Shown piece by piece: positions 50,831 through 64,000 of a stretch of DNA of 64,000 nucleotides. This DNA is from Lama glama (Eukaryota). Under the pieces are notes generated by a model, which was not told the DNA's origin, searched no databases, and was given only the letters and a program-made list of their open reading frames with translations. The translations under genes and the position numbers were made by a program. Location of the stretch: the NCBI GenBank assembly GCA_028534125.1, contig CM052817.1, positions 92,568,001 to 92,632,000 of the forward strand. Direction: 5' to 3'. Each line of letters begins with the position of its first letter. Positions within the stretch are counted from its first letter, which is position 1.

Positions 50831-52634
50831 GGGCTGAGAATCAGAGCAATAGTAGCCTTGTTATTATTCCTGTGCGGTTTAAAACACACCTGGCACGCCT
50901 TCCAATGTCTGACCACTGTAATTATACCCTCGGGTCACCGGGGGCAGGGCTGTCTGCCGTCACTTCAGGTCCTCTCATTACATCGACAGACGCAAGCCTG
51001 ATGCAGCTTTGCTAGGTTGTTTTCATAAATACTTGGACCTGGCTGTATGCATCAAGCAACTAACATACGTGTAGTTCAATATCGGGTATCCCTTAATTTT
51101 TGAAAGTGAAAATTTGAATATCTTCTAACTGTGTTGTCTATAAAGTAAATAATATTTTTTCTAGTTCACTTCCATTATAAACACTTGGAGGTGTTCCTAA
51201 GAGAATAAACCGATCTGATTAGCAAAGAAAAGCTAAGCCATATGATACACTTCGGAAAGGAATGAGATGCAAAAACTATCAATTCCTTGGTTGAGAACAG
51301 GTAAGAATTTAAAAACTGGTATTTTATCTAAAATTATATAAAAATAGTTCAGAAAGAAGATTTAACAAGTATCCCCTGGTATCCCTTTCACAGTGCTGCT
51401 ATCTTCCTTAAATATATGTTTTCAACAAATCTCTTCTTTTTTTTTTTTTTCCTTTCCTCCCTCTATCTTTTCTACCATTTCTTCTCTATTTTTAAAAACC
51501 ATCTCTGGCAATTATGTTATTGGTTCTAGTCTTTATCCAATGCTTTCTACAATACACATCTGAGCTTGTTCCTTCCTTTTAAAAAGTTTTGTGGCTTTCC
51601 ATGGCCATTAGGGGACTGTGTAAGTTTTTTGGCCAGAGATTCAATCATCATTGCACTCTGGCTAGTCCTTTGCACCCTTATCTCCTGTGTTACATAGTAT
51701 GCAACCCACAGTCTGACTGTTTGCTGATTTGGCATTTCCTCAAAGTGCTTTATATAATCCTACCTCTGTTTCTTTGTTCACGCTGGTCCTTCTACCTGGA
51801 ATATATAGAAAACCTGTAAGGAACAGGAGTGGTCACCATTGTCTGGTATCATCGGCAGAACATTTGTTTGAAGAGACGGATCTGCACTGGGGAATAATGT
51901 GGCACACAGTGTTGGATGTTCCTGGAAGGGAGAGATTTAGAAGACACTGCATATAACGGGGAGTCTGCAAATCTATTCTTTACCATTTTGAACTGTTTAA
52001 CTTTTGGGCCAACTCTTTTATCTCATAGAACCTCAGTTTCACCAACTAAAACAGGAGAACAGAGAGCGTCATTTGAGCTAACAACAATAACACTCCTCTA
52101 AAAGAGATTCTGTGTTAGGCTCCCTGAAGGTTGATGCTAAATGGAAAACAACACAACCCAAAATCAAATAAAGCCCTTGTCCTACCACGGAGGAGATCTG
52201 TTACCCAAATCAACACTGGACGCAGGCAGAACTGCTGCTGAGCACACTGATGGCTACAAGGGGCAGCCAAGTGTTCGTTGAGAAAGTAGGAGCCAGGCAA
52301 GTCCTTTATGCTAATTCGCCCCCTGGGTATGCCTCCTGTCTTCTTGACAGTAGCTAGTTCTTCTGGAAGGTGGCAAAGTCAGCATTTCCCTGGGCAGCAA
52401 TGGCTCCCATAGAGCTTCCCTGCTGGTGATGGGTAGCATGGGCCATGATGACGGAGTACTTGGCAAATATCCAGTGAATGATGATGAATGCAGCATCATC
52501 TAGACATCTGGATGTGATGGAACGGGCCATAAGGTTAATGCGATGTTTCCCCACATGCGCTCAGCTCCCTAATGCTTACATTATCGTTTGATCATATTGA
52601 GATGTATGCTCAAAATTGTTGTCATGAAAGAATT

Positions 52635-52807
52635 TGTTCTGTATAGTGCAGGGAACTGTATTCAATATCCTGTAATAAGCTATAATAGGAAAGAATCTGA
52701 AAATATATGTATATGTATGTATGTACATGTATAACTGAATCACCTTGCTGTACACCTGAAACTAACATTGTAAATCAACTATACTTCAATATTTAAAAAA
52801 TTTTAAA
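52635..52807 (+). mobile_element. 5'-truncated L1 3' end
   Basis: ctgtatagtgcagggaactgtattcaatatc...taaatcaactatacttcaat; AAAGAATT flanks at 52627 and 52808. Confidence 0.85.
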
Positions 52808-55745
52808 AAAGAATTGACTTACATCATTCAGAGCATTATTCTACTGCCAGGGTTATTTCATCAGCTAAATATTGACTAAATATATACAACTATTACTTAA
52901 CGAAAACTTCATAGTGAAACACCAGACTTCATTAGAGTGAGCTGATTGTGGAGCAGTGGTGGAAACAAGGCCTTGGTGTAGCAGGTCAGAAGGTGTGAGA
53001 AAGCAGTCAGGACAGAAGCTAGGGGGTGAGGATTTGGAGGCCAGTACTGGCTCTAGGCTGAGAGTTTCTTTCACCTGCTAGTCCCATGGACTTGTGCCTG
53101 AGTTTCAGGTGGAAGGGATGAAGAGCAGAAATTCCCAGGGGTATTTTTCATACACAACTCACCGTAGGGCGTTGGGAACCCAGGGTAGGTCTCTGGGCTC
53201 AGGGTGACAGAAGGTGGCAGAGGAAGGCACATTCCCCATTTCGGTAGCGCTGTTTTAAAGCAGATCTTGTCAGACTCAGTGTGAATTCTGTGGCAGAGGA
53301 GAATCTTCCCCATTTGACTTTGTCTGCAGATTGTGGAAGAGAGCCAGAGCAGAAGAAAAGGAAGAACAAATGTCCAGTAGCGGCATAAAGTGTTTATTTG
53401 AGGGGTTCTCTCCCTACCCCAGGAAAGCTTGAGGGAGGGGCGTGAGAAGCCCTGCCCAAGTGGATGGGAGTGAACCAGTAAATACGTTAGATAAAATCAC
53501 CAAAATAAAGTGTCCCAAGTACCCATTGACTTACTCCAGATCTCAAGCTATGACATCACAAAAGAGACCGTTTACCATTCTTTTTAAAATTTAATTTGGT
53601 TTGGAGATTTCATTTGACACAGTCTTGTTAGATAGCTTCCACGTGTCTCTGTAAATTTGTTCTCCCAAGAAACGACTGCAAAGATGCATCTTGTTTATCT
53701 CCTGGATGTTCTTCCAAAGATAAAGTTATTAAATGATGAACTTCACATTTTCAGGATTCCCCTATATATATGTGGTCCTTTTAGGGAGGATGTTCTCACA
53801 CCTTGAATCAGCTACGTATGGTTTTTCTGTGTATCTCCTACCATTTGGGCTTCTTAGGGATCATTGTCCATAAATTCTAAGCATCTGTTCTTGCTATCAC
53901 TAATAATTGTACATTTTTGTGATGCTCTTAAGCTCACAAAGCACATCGACCTAACTCCTTAATGTAGTCCCTTCTCACAAGAAGGTATGGGCCACTTTCA
54001 GTGGATGAGAGACCTAAGGCTTGAGTATCATCTTCAAGGACAAGCTGCTAATGAGACCGATGCTGCCCAAACCCAGGTCTCCTGCCTGGCATTACGCCTG
54101 TATTCTCTCTCCTATGCAGAGGAGTATGATGGTACCAGAAAGTGTTATTCATGAATCATTTATAAAATGTAATTTTATGTAGACTTTATCAACTACGTTG
54201 TTGAGCTAGAAAAAGTGACAGACTTTCCTTTCATTGATATAATTGAGAAAATAGACTAAAATGCAGCCTGCAAGAAGAAAAAAACATTCTGAGAAAGCTT
54301 ACGCTGTAATTTGGGTGTATGTTTCCCAGAGAGAAGTTTGTGATACGGTGTTAGCTGCGTGCGGTACGGCTCTTTCTTACTGCACTGATATCCCATGTAG
54401 AGTACATGGCAGGGGCTGTCTCTCTTTTTCCGTGAACTAGCTGTCTTCTTCGCTGTCTCTCTTCCTCATCTGAGGCTGGGCATGGTGCAAGGAAGCCCAG
54501 CTTCTCTGTTGCTAAAAAGTAGCTTCTCAGCTACTTCTCTGTCTGCTGCAACAGCATGCCTGAAGCTGTTAAACCTACTAGCCACCTCTCTTAAAACACC
54601 ACAAGGCAAAGTTCACCCCAAAGTCTGCCTGTTCTGACTTCTTTTCCCCTTCAACAGCATTTATGGTGTTCACTTCAACTTGATGGCTCTCCTTTGAGAA
54701 AATGAGAGGCAGACCCATGATTTCATTTGCCCAATTTAGGCACTAAACAACTACCTTTTCTCTTGTTGAATGACAGACTTTGCACATTCCTCCTAGAATA
54801 CATTGGCTTAAAAACACCCACTGACATTCATGTTGTCTTTATGTGAAAAGCTCATACAACTGATGTGGGTAAAAAAGTTTAAAACCGTGGCGCCTGGTCA
54901 CTGATGACTTGTGGGCTTCAGCAAGCTGTCTCCCCTGCTGTTTTTGGAGCAATGGCTCACTGCCAGTTCAGTGAGTACAGGAGAACTCCTTAAGGGCCAG
55001 GAGGACTCCTTAAGAACAAGGCACAGGGCAGAGCAGGAGAATTTCCTACCAGCTGGGTGGTGACTAAGGAGTTCAAGACACCGCTGAGCAAGTCAGGGGC
55101 CATCTTCCTGCTTGTATCATTTCAGTATCACTTGTGCTGTTTCAGTTTCTAACATACAGAAGCAGGGACAATATCTGAAAAACGCACACTTGTTTACTGG
55201 TTAGAGCACCTGTTGTTTTTCTGACTGTGGTTGGTCAGTTCCCCTAATTTGGTTCCGTTTGTGCAGAGCATGCCTCATAGTGAGTAGGAGGCCCTGACCG
55301 TGCAGGGTTCTCCCCCATGGCTTGGCCTCATGGTGGGACCTGGGTTTGTCTTCACCCTGAAGCTGCTGCCCACTTGCTTAAGAGGGGCTGGTCCCTTCAC
55401 AGGAAGCTGGTGCTATGGAGAGCCACATTTAGACGTTGGAAACCGAGGTCCCAGGACCTTTTAATCACTTGCCTTAGGTTAGTAACATCTTTATATTTGT
55501 ATCTGAAATATATGTTTAAAGCACTTGCAAGTTGCAAAATCTTTTTAATCTCCATAGGAATCCTGTTAGCAGCAAGGACCTATATCCAGAGTCCACAAAT
55601 GGAGAAAATGAGGACCCTAGGATTAAATAATAAGATAAACAGGAACAAAGGTAACTCACGGATGCCATTTATTGAGTACTTACTATGTGCCAGGCACAGT
55701 AGTAGCTACTCTGCTCACGTTATCAATTCTAAAAAAAAAAAAAAA

Positions 55746-55952
55746 TCTCTAGATTAATATCAAACGTAATACAACATAAATGCTCTGTAATAGTTATAAA
55801 TACAATGTAAATGCTATGTGAATAGTTGAATAGCAAATTCAAGTTTTGCTTTTTGGAACTTTCTGTAGTTTTTGGAGTGGGTGGGATATTTTTGATCCAT
55901 GGTTGGTTGAATCTGCAGATGTGGAGCCTGCAGATGCGGACGGCAGTTTGTA
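55746..55952. mobile_element. TcMar-Tigger-derived MITE fragment (MER2/MER8-like)
   Basis: aatacaatgtaaatgctatgtgaatagttg...tttttgatccatggttggttgaatctgcagatgtggagcc..., ending at TA. Confidence 0.75.
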
Positions 55953-57030
55953 CTTATAACTTACTTATTCTCTTTATTCTGTGCTGTCTGTGTCTCCTCT
56001 GCTCAAATCTAAGTTCCAGAAGGGTGAGGAATCTTTATTTTCTTCTCTGCTGTGTCCCCAAAGCCTAGAACAGTGCCTGGCAAAATGCTGGCTCTCAATG
56101 AATGTTTGTTGAACGAACAAACGAACATAGTCCCTCCAGGTCCAGGCTTCCTTTTTAGGTCCCACTTCGTAGTTTTGGGAAATATTCATGAAGGAATAGA
56201 GATGCAGAGAAAACCAGTGATGCTCTTAGCTGTGACTATGGGTCCCCAGAAGGGAATTAGATTTAGTTTGTTCATAGGGCTAAGAAATGAGGTGTGATTA
56301 GTAAGTGGAAAATTGCTCAATGATGGATGTGTGGCCATCATTTTCTCCTGCTTACTCTTTCTCCCATGTAGTCGATCCCACAGCAGCCTGGTTTTCACTC
56401 TGTCTCCTAGAGTCTTTGCAGGTTGAGCAGGCAGGGTAATGAGAGCCTGGGGTTTCTGATAACATGGAGTGAGTTGTGTCTAATTGGAACAGAATCAGCA
56501 GCCCTTACCTTTTATTCCCCAGAGAATGAGGAGATGCTGGGAGTTCACAATTGCATTCCCCAAGCAGTTCAGAAAGTTTAAGGCTACGATTTTTCCAGCC
56601 CTTCCAGATAATAGGAAGTGATTATGGGAAGTGAAGGCACTCTGGTTGACCTCACCTTTCTGTTTGAACTTTGTTCTCATTTGTCTGACTGCGCTCTTAA
56701 TGCTTAATGGTTTTGAATTAAGCAAAATTCTTTAGCTAAGCTCTTACCATTTTAATCAGTGGGGAGTCTACTACAAAAACTTTACCTCATTATTGAACTA
56801 AATTCACACACAAACACGTCCAGAGAATGAGGAAAAAACCCAGATCTCTGCTTCTCTTCCGTGGCAGCCTCAGCCTACCCAGAGTTCACTTCAGAAGGAA
56901 GTAAAGAGTTGCCCACTTGTGTTTCCCCGTCGCTCTTCTCTGTCTACCCTCAAAGTCTCACTTCTGCTTCTTCCTCTCTGGCCTAGGTTGTAACTAATTT
57001 TTTCAATTCATCTGGTTTTCTCTAGGAAGG

Positions 57031-57651
57031 ATATCAAGTTTGAACCAGATTTGTTTGCCCAACGTGCAGCAAGCCAAAATGCAAAGATGCCAAGGGTTGC
57101 AGCAAAGAAAGGGTTTATTCACAAGGCAGCCAAGGGAGGAGATGGGAAAACAAGTCTCAGATCCACCTCTCTGAAGGTGAGGGGCTCGAGATATTTATGG
57201 AATAAAGAAGCAGGGTGGTCTTAGGCATGGGGAAAGGTGGGGGAAACAGGCGTATCTGGCACATGCTTCTTCATGGGAAGTATGGTCATAAATGGAGGCA
57301 CTTAGCGTGACCTGAGGGTGGAGTTGTAGGCCCTTTGACCTCAAAACGTCATTCATCGGACACCTGCAGAGGCCCAGTTTTAGGGTCAGTGGTCCCAGCC
57401 AAGCTTAACCTGCTGGAGCTCAAACTAAACACAGCTGGCTCCAAGTTCCTGGAAAACAACTTGGGCAAATATCTTATTGTTTAGGCTACGTGATTAAGCT
57501 TGGAGGGTACGCAATTTGCAACAGACTAATTAAGGCAGGCTTGCTCAGTGAAGGCCGACTACAGGCAGAGGGGTTTTTAATAAGCAGTAAGACAAACTCA
57601 AGAACTTCTGTTAGTCCCGAGTTTCTGTTAACCCTATGGGGCATGGTTTCA
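57031..57651 (-). mobile_element. ERV1 solo LTR (LTR39/MER4-group-like)
   Basis: gttgcagcaaagaaagggtttattcacaaggcagcc...ctcagatccacctc...ggcatggtttCA, with AATAAA on the minus strand. Confidence 0.7.
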
Positions 57652-58039
57652 AAGTCACAAAAAGGTAATAAAGGAATGAAGGAAAAAGATGTTTGAGGTC
57701 CAGACTTGCTCCTGGTACGATTCACCACACAGAACTCCGGGTGTACATCTTTTGTTTTTTAATTTCTTTGGATTTTATTTTTATTTTTGGAATATTCAAC
57801 ATGTTTATTTTTTTCATGAATTCAGCAAGGGTAAGATAATTGATAGGAACAAGTCCAACAAACAAAAATAGTGAAAGCAAATTTTGAAAGCTCAGGAAAC
57901 GGATTTAGGTGATCAAATTTAACGAAAGCTAAAGGTGTTGTCAATTCCAATAGTTAGTACTCATAACAATATTTTAAAATTAGTTTCGATGATTAAATTC
58001 TGATTTATGTTCTATAAGAAGATTTATAATTAGGATTTT

Positions 58040-58142
58040 TTGAAAATTGGAGTATAGTTGATTTACAATGTTGTGTTAGTTTCAGGCGTACAGTAAAGTG
58101 ATTCAAGTACACATCTACATATTCATATTCTTTTTCAGATTC
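58040..58142 (-). mobile_element. Short L1 3' end
   Basis: ttggagtatagttgatttacaatgttgtgttagtttcaggcgtacagtaaagtgattca. Confidence 0.85.
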
Positions 58143-58874
58143 TCGCCTCTTTTCTTTGCCTTATCAATAATTCCCTTCTTTTATTATTATTATTATTAAT
58201 TTTTTGGAATGAGACAGGACCCAGAAATGAGGCAGACACGTGTCCTCCTGTAAGAAGAGTGTGAGAAGGGAGAGCGTGCTTTCCTGCCAGATAAATCTGA
58301 ATGGAGATCAGAACTCCTATCCCAGTGAGTGGGAGCTCTCTTTAGGTAGCCAGAAGTGCTTGGAGAAGACAAAGTCATGTTTAGGAAGATAAATTGCAAA
58401 GTGGGGGAAAAAACCCAAAAAAACAACAGGCTTAAAATAAAGTGTGAAGAAAAGAAATTAAAAATTTATAATGAATTAAAAAACTTGGTCACTTTGATTG
58501 AAAAAAATGAAATTTTATTATTGTTTTAAACTGCATTTAAAAGCATTTTTTCCACATTTGCTAATCTGTTGCATTTCCTCCTTTGTGGCTTAGAATCTAG
58601 ATGTATGTAGTTGTTCCACCTGACTATGTTTAATAAGTTTTAAAGGAAACATTTGAAACAACCTAAGGACATCTTAAGAGGAATATTTAAATAAATTTTG
58701 GTATGTAATTAGCAATGGTGTTTTATGTGACTCTTGCTTATTTTTTGTTTGTTTTGTTGTTTTTTTAGGATGTAGGTGGTCTTCATGCCTCAGTTAACAG
58801 CAATCTGTAATCATACATCCATGTGAGGCATTTTCTTTATTTTATTTTACCTAACAGTTTTCCACCTTCATGTC

Positions 58875-59370
58875 TGGATTAGTCTCCTGTGGCTGCTGAA
58901 ACAAATTAGCACAAATTTAGTGGCTTAAAACAACAGAGATTTATTCTCTTACAGCTCTAGGGGCCAGAAGTCCTAAATCCCTATCACTGGGTTGAAAACA
59001 AGTCATCGTCCAGGCCCCATTCTCTCTGGAAACTTTAAGAGAGCCTCTTCCAGCTTCTGGTGGCTATTGGCATTCCTCGGCCTGTGGCCACATCACTCCA
59101 TAACTCGAGGTCAGCATCTTTGGATCTCTCTCTGTTCCATCTTCCTATCACCTCCTCCTCTGTGTGTCAAATCTCTCTCTGCCTTTTCTGACAGAAGGAC
59201 ACTCGGGATGGCATTTAGGGCCCACCTGAATAATCCAGGATAATCTCCCATCTCAAAATCTTTCACTTAATCCCATCTGGAAAGACTCTTTTTTTCAAAT
59301 AAGGTAACACTTATAGGTTCTGGGGATTAGGATCTGAAACCTTTGGAGGGCAGCATTTCCCAGCCAGCAG
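58875..59370 (-). mobile_element. MaLR LTR (MLT1D/E-like)
   Basis: tggctgctgaaacaaatt...tggcttaaaacaacagagatttattctcttacag...ataatccaggataatctccc. Confidence 0.85.
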
Positions 59371-59754
59371 TCTCCTGTTTAGACTCCTATGATTGCCCTT
59401 TGCTTATTGAGCACCTCTGTATATTTAATGTATTTTCTTCCAATCCAAATCCACCTTTCAAACATTTATTATATATTTATAGCCTTATGAAATTCAAATG
59501 TTTGTGTTGTTATCTTTTAATATTAAAAAAATTATGTTCAAAGTATAATATTGTGCCATAAGACCTTTCTGTTTCTTATTTTTTTCCTCAATATTATATT
59601 TTTGAGATCCCTCTAGTGTGCAGTGTAGCTCTTGTTCTTTCTTGAGTGCTGTTTGGTTTTTTCCCCATATGCACATCCCTCTATCTGTGGACACATGCGT
59701 GACCTCCAATTCCAGTTCAGCTGTAAATTTCTTTGTCATTAACTTGTTTGGTTT

Positions 59755-60228
59755 TGAGACAGGCTGGGACCTGGGACCTGGGACCCTTTGCTGCAGTGCT
59801 TGCATCTGTCTCCTCAAGTAACAGAACATAAAGAAACTACAAGGGACACACAAAAAAATAACTGTACATAGGCAGCTGGGGCAAATTATGAACAAGATAC
59901 AAAAAGACCCAAAACCCAAATGCATTTCTGAGGTGTGGGGAGCAAAAGCAGGGTAACTGGGCATGATCCCTGCACACAGCACCGCCAAGGGGGTGGGAAC
60001 ACCACCTACATCACCCCTCCTGCCTAAACCATGGATCTGCCCTTACCCTCACCCCATTTAAGGGACAAGCTTGCCAACACTCAGGGAGCAAGGAAAGGAA
60101 CCTGTTACTTGTTTTCGCTCTCTCATGCTACAGGACGAGTCCCAGTAAAGCTTTGCTTGAATTTCTCTTCCAGCATCTTATCAATTTCTATTGATTAAGG
60201 GGGGGTCTAAGAACACTGGTTGGTAACA
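59755..60228 (+). mobile_element. Intact ERV1 solo LTR with a perfect 4-bp TSD
   Basis: TGAGACAGG...TGGTAACA flanked by GTTT at 59751-59754 and 60229-60232. AGTAAA poly(A)-signal variant near 60144. Confidence 0.85.
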
Positions 60229-60543
60229 GTTTCAGAAATGCATTATGTATTGGCTTTTGGAGTCCTATTGGCCAATGGTTACTGAATGATTACAATGTGC
60301 TGGGCATCATACAAAGTGCATTTTATACACTATCTCATTCAACACTTCTAATGGGACTGTTTGATGGCCTTGTCTTTATCTTCTTTAAACTCATCAGGAA
60401 ACAGCAACAGAGCAGCAAAACACCCTTCTGAGCCAGTAAGTAAAAATACAGCATGAAAAAGGCAGTCCTCATCCCTAAGGAATTCCTAGTGAAACATTCT
60501 GAAACTCCATGGCAGTGTGGGTGTTACAGACACAGACAGACAG

Positions 60544-60594
60544 GCGCGCGCGCGCGTGCGCACACACACACACACACACACATACACACACACA
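60544..60594. repeat. Compound (GC)n(CA)n microsatellite
   Basis: gcgcgcgcgcgcgtgcgcacacaca...caca, an uninterrupted purine-pyrimidine alternation. Confidence 0.95.
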
Positions 60595-61364
60595 AGCACT
60601 TAGTGGGGTCCTAACTTGCCTGGATGAGGGTGTCCTGGGAGACTCCTGGAGTGGCGTCCATGCCGGTGAACCTGCTCTCTTCACGGCAGACATCATCTGG
60701 CCAGAGGTCTGGGATTCCCATTCCTTGCTCCGGTGTTTTCAGCCCCTCTGCCCTGACTCTCTGTTCTTCCCTCTGAACACACAGCATCAGAACAGTTGCC
60801 AAGATCTATAGATTGTGACCCCCAAGAAAGCACTCCAATACATCTGTCCCCTCTGATCCCATTCTTGCTCTATTTCAGGTCTTCTTGCCAACACTATTCC
60901 AGTGTCGTGGTTTAGCCAACCTCCCTATGTTCCCCTCAACTCACCCCCCCTGCTCCTCTCTCCCCCCCACCCCCCCACCAGCCCCAGGCTACCTTTCATA
61001 CCACCAGTAGATTTGTTTCCTTAAAGTGGAGAAAAGATCATGCTCTTCAAAACCTGGTGATGCATCTATGCTGCCGACATAACTAAGTACAAGTACCTTA
61101 GTGGACTATTTAAGGCCTTCCATGATCTGGCCACAGTTGACTTTCCAAGCTCTCTCCTCCAACTGCCTTGCAGATATTTGGTCCTATAATTTTCTGATTA
61201 TGTCCTATTATATACTAGCTATAAGTGGCCTTTTCCTAACCTTTACTATTATTTAATTCCAATCTATTTTTCAAGTAACATCTAAAATAGCAACACTCCC
61301 AATAATCATTTTATAATTGTTGCCAATGAATACTTCCTTTGCTTATGGTTTCTAAAATTCAAGG

Positions 61365-61595
61365 AATGCTTATACTGTTCAAGCACTGTTCTAAAGCCAC
61401 AGTACTAACTCAGTTTTCTTTGTTCAACTCGATGAGGCAGGTATTATTATTTCCCCCATTTTCAAGATGAAGAAACAAAGGCACAGAGAGGTTAAGCAAC
61501 TTGCTTGGGGTCACACAGCCATACCTCACCGAGTTGGGATTTAATCGTGGCAGCCTGTAGACGGGGAGTTTTAACTGCCAGATACGCTGCCTTCC
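61365..61595 (-). mobile_element. MIR
   Basis: cccattttcaagatgaagaaacaaaggcacagagaggttaagcaacttgc...ggtcacacagc. Confidence 0.8.
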
Positions 61596-63817
61596 TCCCA
61601 TCTGTTTCTCTTTCTCTCCTCATTCCTTCCCTCTTTTCATTTCTTCTTTTTTAATTAGCAAATTTTGTGTTATAACTAAGGATATATTAGTGAACAAAGC
61701 AGTTGCCCTCATGCATGTTTGGTAGGGAGGAGGCATGCAAACAAACCCATGAGCAAACAAACAAAACTCACAGTTGTGATTAATCAAGAAAACTTGGGGC
61801 CCTGTGATGTTTTTCCTGGAGTAAATTTTAGCGTTTAAACATTAACTCCATTGTAGAACTCACCACATTCTTTTCTGAACTGTTCTGCAAATATTTGCAT
61901 ACAGACCTTACCTGTCTTCACATGGTTCAAATTCGAAGTGTTGATTTTTTTTTTAACTTTTCTACTCAGTAATGGGGCACAGTGAGCATCAAATAAATAT
62001 GAGTTGAAGCAAATGGATTGATGGGGTAGCCTCAGTCAGTGCAGAATGTGCTAGTGGGGGCGGGGCATCCTCAGGCCCCCAGATCAGCCCTGGGATCTGG
62101 CACACGGCTGACTCAGCATCCTGGCTGAGTTGGTTGGTCTGGGGGAGGCCGGGAGCGCAAACAGTGACATGGGAGAAGTCAGGGAGGGCAGCTCCAATGC
62201 TCAGTCAGGCCTGGTTTCAGTGCCTTTTCAGAGATTTTCCCCAGTGTTAGCAGGTGGCGCTACATGCAGATTTATGCTCAACTGTAAGGATATCGCCGTT
62301 GAACATGAACCTCTAGTACTTTGACTCACATTTGAGCAAGACCTCGTGCTTGAAGTTGCAGCCAAATGCAAAGAAGTCATCATGGGATTTATGCAAGGAA
62401 GAAGAATGTCTGAGATACTATTCTGGGTGTGCTTACATCCTGGGCTTCCTTTAGGGTTTTGCGAGTTCTTCAGCATATAAAGCAGATCAGGCTAACCTCT
62501 CAGAGAATCTGCAACAAGCCACACATTTTTTGAACCTGGCAGAGCTGGCTGGGGGTAAGAAATAATAGTAATTAGCAACATGGCAACAATTGAGTTTCCA
62601 GAAGAAAGTAGGCCCTCTTGATGGCAGAAACACACAGAGATGAAACAAAGTTTTCTCTGTGTGTAGCACTGCCTTCTAACACGGGGAAAATCTCTGAAAA
62701 GGCGTCAGTGTGTATGAATGAGAAGCTGACCAAGAGAGGTCACTGTATTTAAAAAAGAGAGTGTATGACTTTAGAAATCTTGAAACCCGGCCTGACTGAG
62801 CTTTGTAGCTGCCCTTCCCTGACCCAGATGTCTTCTCCCACGTCGCCGTTTGGGGTAGCTGGCATTTCCTTGATGTCTTGGGAACATGGCTAGTTGGGTC
62901 TGGTTCCGTCCTACTGAAGATTCTCTGCAAGCAAGTTCTGGAAAACTTTCATTTCCTTCTCCTCGTAAACAATTTACGATCCTGTGCTTTGATGAGTGTA
63001 TGAGACAATCCATGTGTCAGTTGCACCGAGTCTGTGGGAAGGACCAAGCTTGTAAAGTTTTGACCTAACTGTGTTCAGAGAATAACAAATCTTCCAGGAA
63101 GGAGAGAGTGCTTCCCACTTCAGTGGAAGCCATCGCACCTGCTTCGAAGTACCTCTACCTCAGCCTGGAAAACTGTCACAGTCTCTAAAAGTGCACTTGT
63201 CCTCACCTAAGGCCGGAGACCTGGCACAGGTTGAGAGATACATAGAAACAAATTATAGCTGTTAACTATCAATAATTGTGGCCTAGACAGACAAGAAGAT
63301 TAGGAACGTAATTCAGAATAAAATCAGATGGAGAATGGGGTGAGTAGTAGAATCCAGGTAAGAGACCAAGGGGCGGAGAAATTGGCGACAGGGGCAAATA
63401 TCCATCTACTCGAAGCAGGAGGCAGCGATATGTGTGGTACAACTGGGACCCAGGAACGTGGTCTAGGGAAGTTGAGTCCTTATTGTGAGAGTGACTATGA
63501 AATGAGCTCAGCCACCCATCGGAGACATCGGCGGGTTTGCCTGCAGGTCTCCAGCCCTACATCTGGCGTCCTGCACAAACTTTCTGGCCAATGAACCGTC
63601 TCAGCCTGCAGGGATGGGTTGTCCTTTGCTCTCTCACCATGGCAACTCGAGCAGGGTCTGCAATGAGGTCTCCCCTCAAATTTAAGTCACCTCGTATCTG
63701 TCAGTTTTTAATCTGCCATAATTAATTTTTTCACACCCCTTCTGGATTCCACCCTGTACTCCTCTTTTTCACTTGTTGTCTCTGATTCCAAAAACTTCCT
63801 TTAAATAAGTACAAGAT

Positions 63818-64000
63818 TGTATTAGTTATCCACTCCTGCATAACAAATTATCCCCAAACATAGTGGCTTAGATGAATAACATTCTTTTGCTCACAAATCT
63901 GCAAAAAATCTTGCAAGGTTTGGTAAGAACAGGTCATCTTTGCTAGGCAGCTTAAAGACTATGAGCTGGATTCATCTGAAATCTTGCTTACTTAGATGGC
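63818..64000 (-). mobile_element. MaLR LTR (MLT1), cut off by the window edge
   Basis: tgtattagttatc...gcataacaaattatccccaaacatagtggctta...gctcacaaatctgca. Confidence 0.75.

Noticed and set aside
59494..59988. 164-aa hydrophobic, Cys-rich minus-strand ORF
   Set aside because: It is largely the antisense reading of the solo LTR, with no recognisable env or gag similarity.
1..64000. CRISPR arrays, operons or other prokaryote-type systems
   Set aside because: The sequence is clearly mammalian, and I saw no repeat-spacer arrays, rRNA genes or dense coding regions.
22400..64000. Exons of a neighbouring gene or a processed pseudogene
   Set aside because: No ORF shows recognisable homology. Short or non-coding exons cannot be excluded without transcript alignment.

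Overview
Mammalian genomic DNA, probably camelid: a tRNA-derived vic-1-like SINE and cetartiodactyl-type L1 3' ends are present, and I saw no Alu, Bov-tA or PRE-1 copies. The only coding sequence I can support is the first coding exon of TBC1D9 on the minus strand (ATG at 21377, splice donor after 21248; 43 codons plus 1 nt, [43 protein letters not shown]), inside a ~1.3-kb CpG-island promoter. Bases 1-21247 are intron 1, and I did not find exon 2. Bases ~22.3-64 kb appear intergenic and are dense in L1, L2, MIR, MaLR/ERVL/ERV1 solo LTRs and a Tigger-type MITE. There are two assembly gaps. I found no convincing undescribed biological system. The best leads are regulatory: a 30-codon uORF in the probable 5'UTR, a duplicated ~70-bp KLF-motif module in intron 1, AP-1 and MARE motif clusters, and a sense-oriented intronic LTR that keeps its TATA box but has no poly(A) signal. 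Repeat subfamily names are from memory and need RepeatMasker/Dfam confirmation. Repeat boundaries without target-site duplications (TSDs) are approximate.
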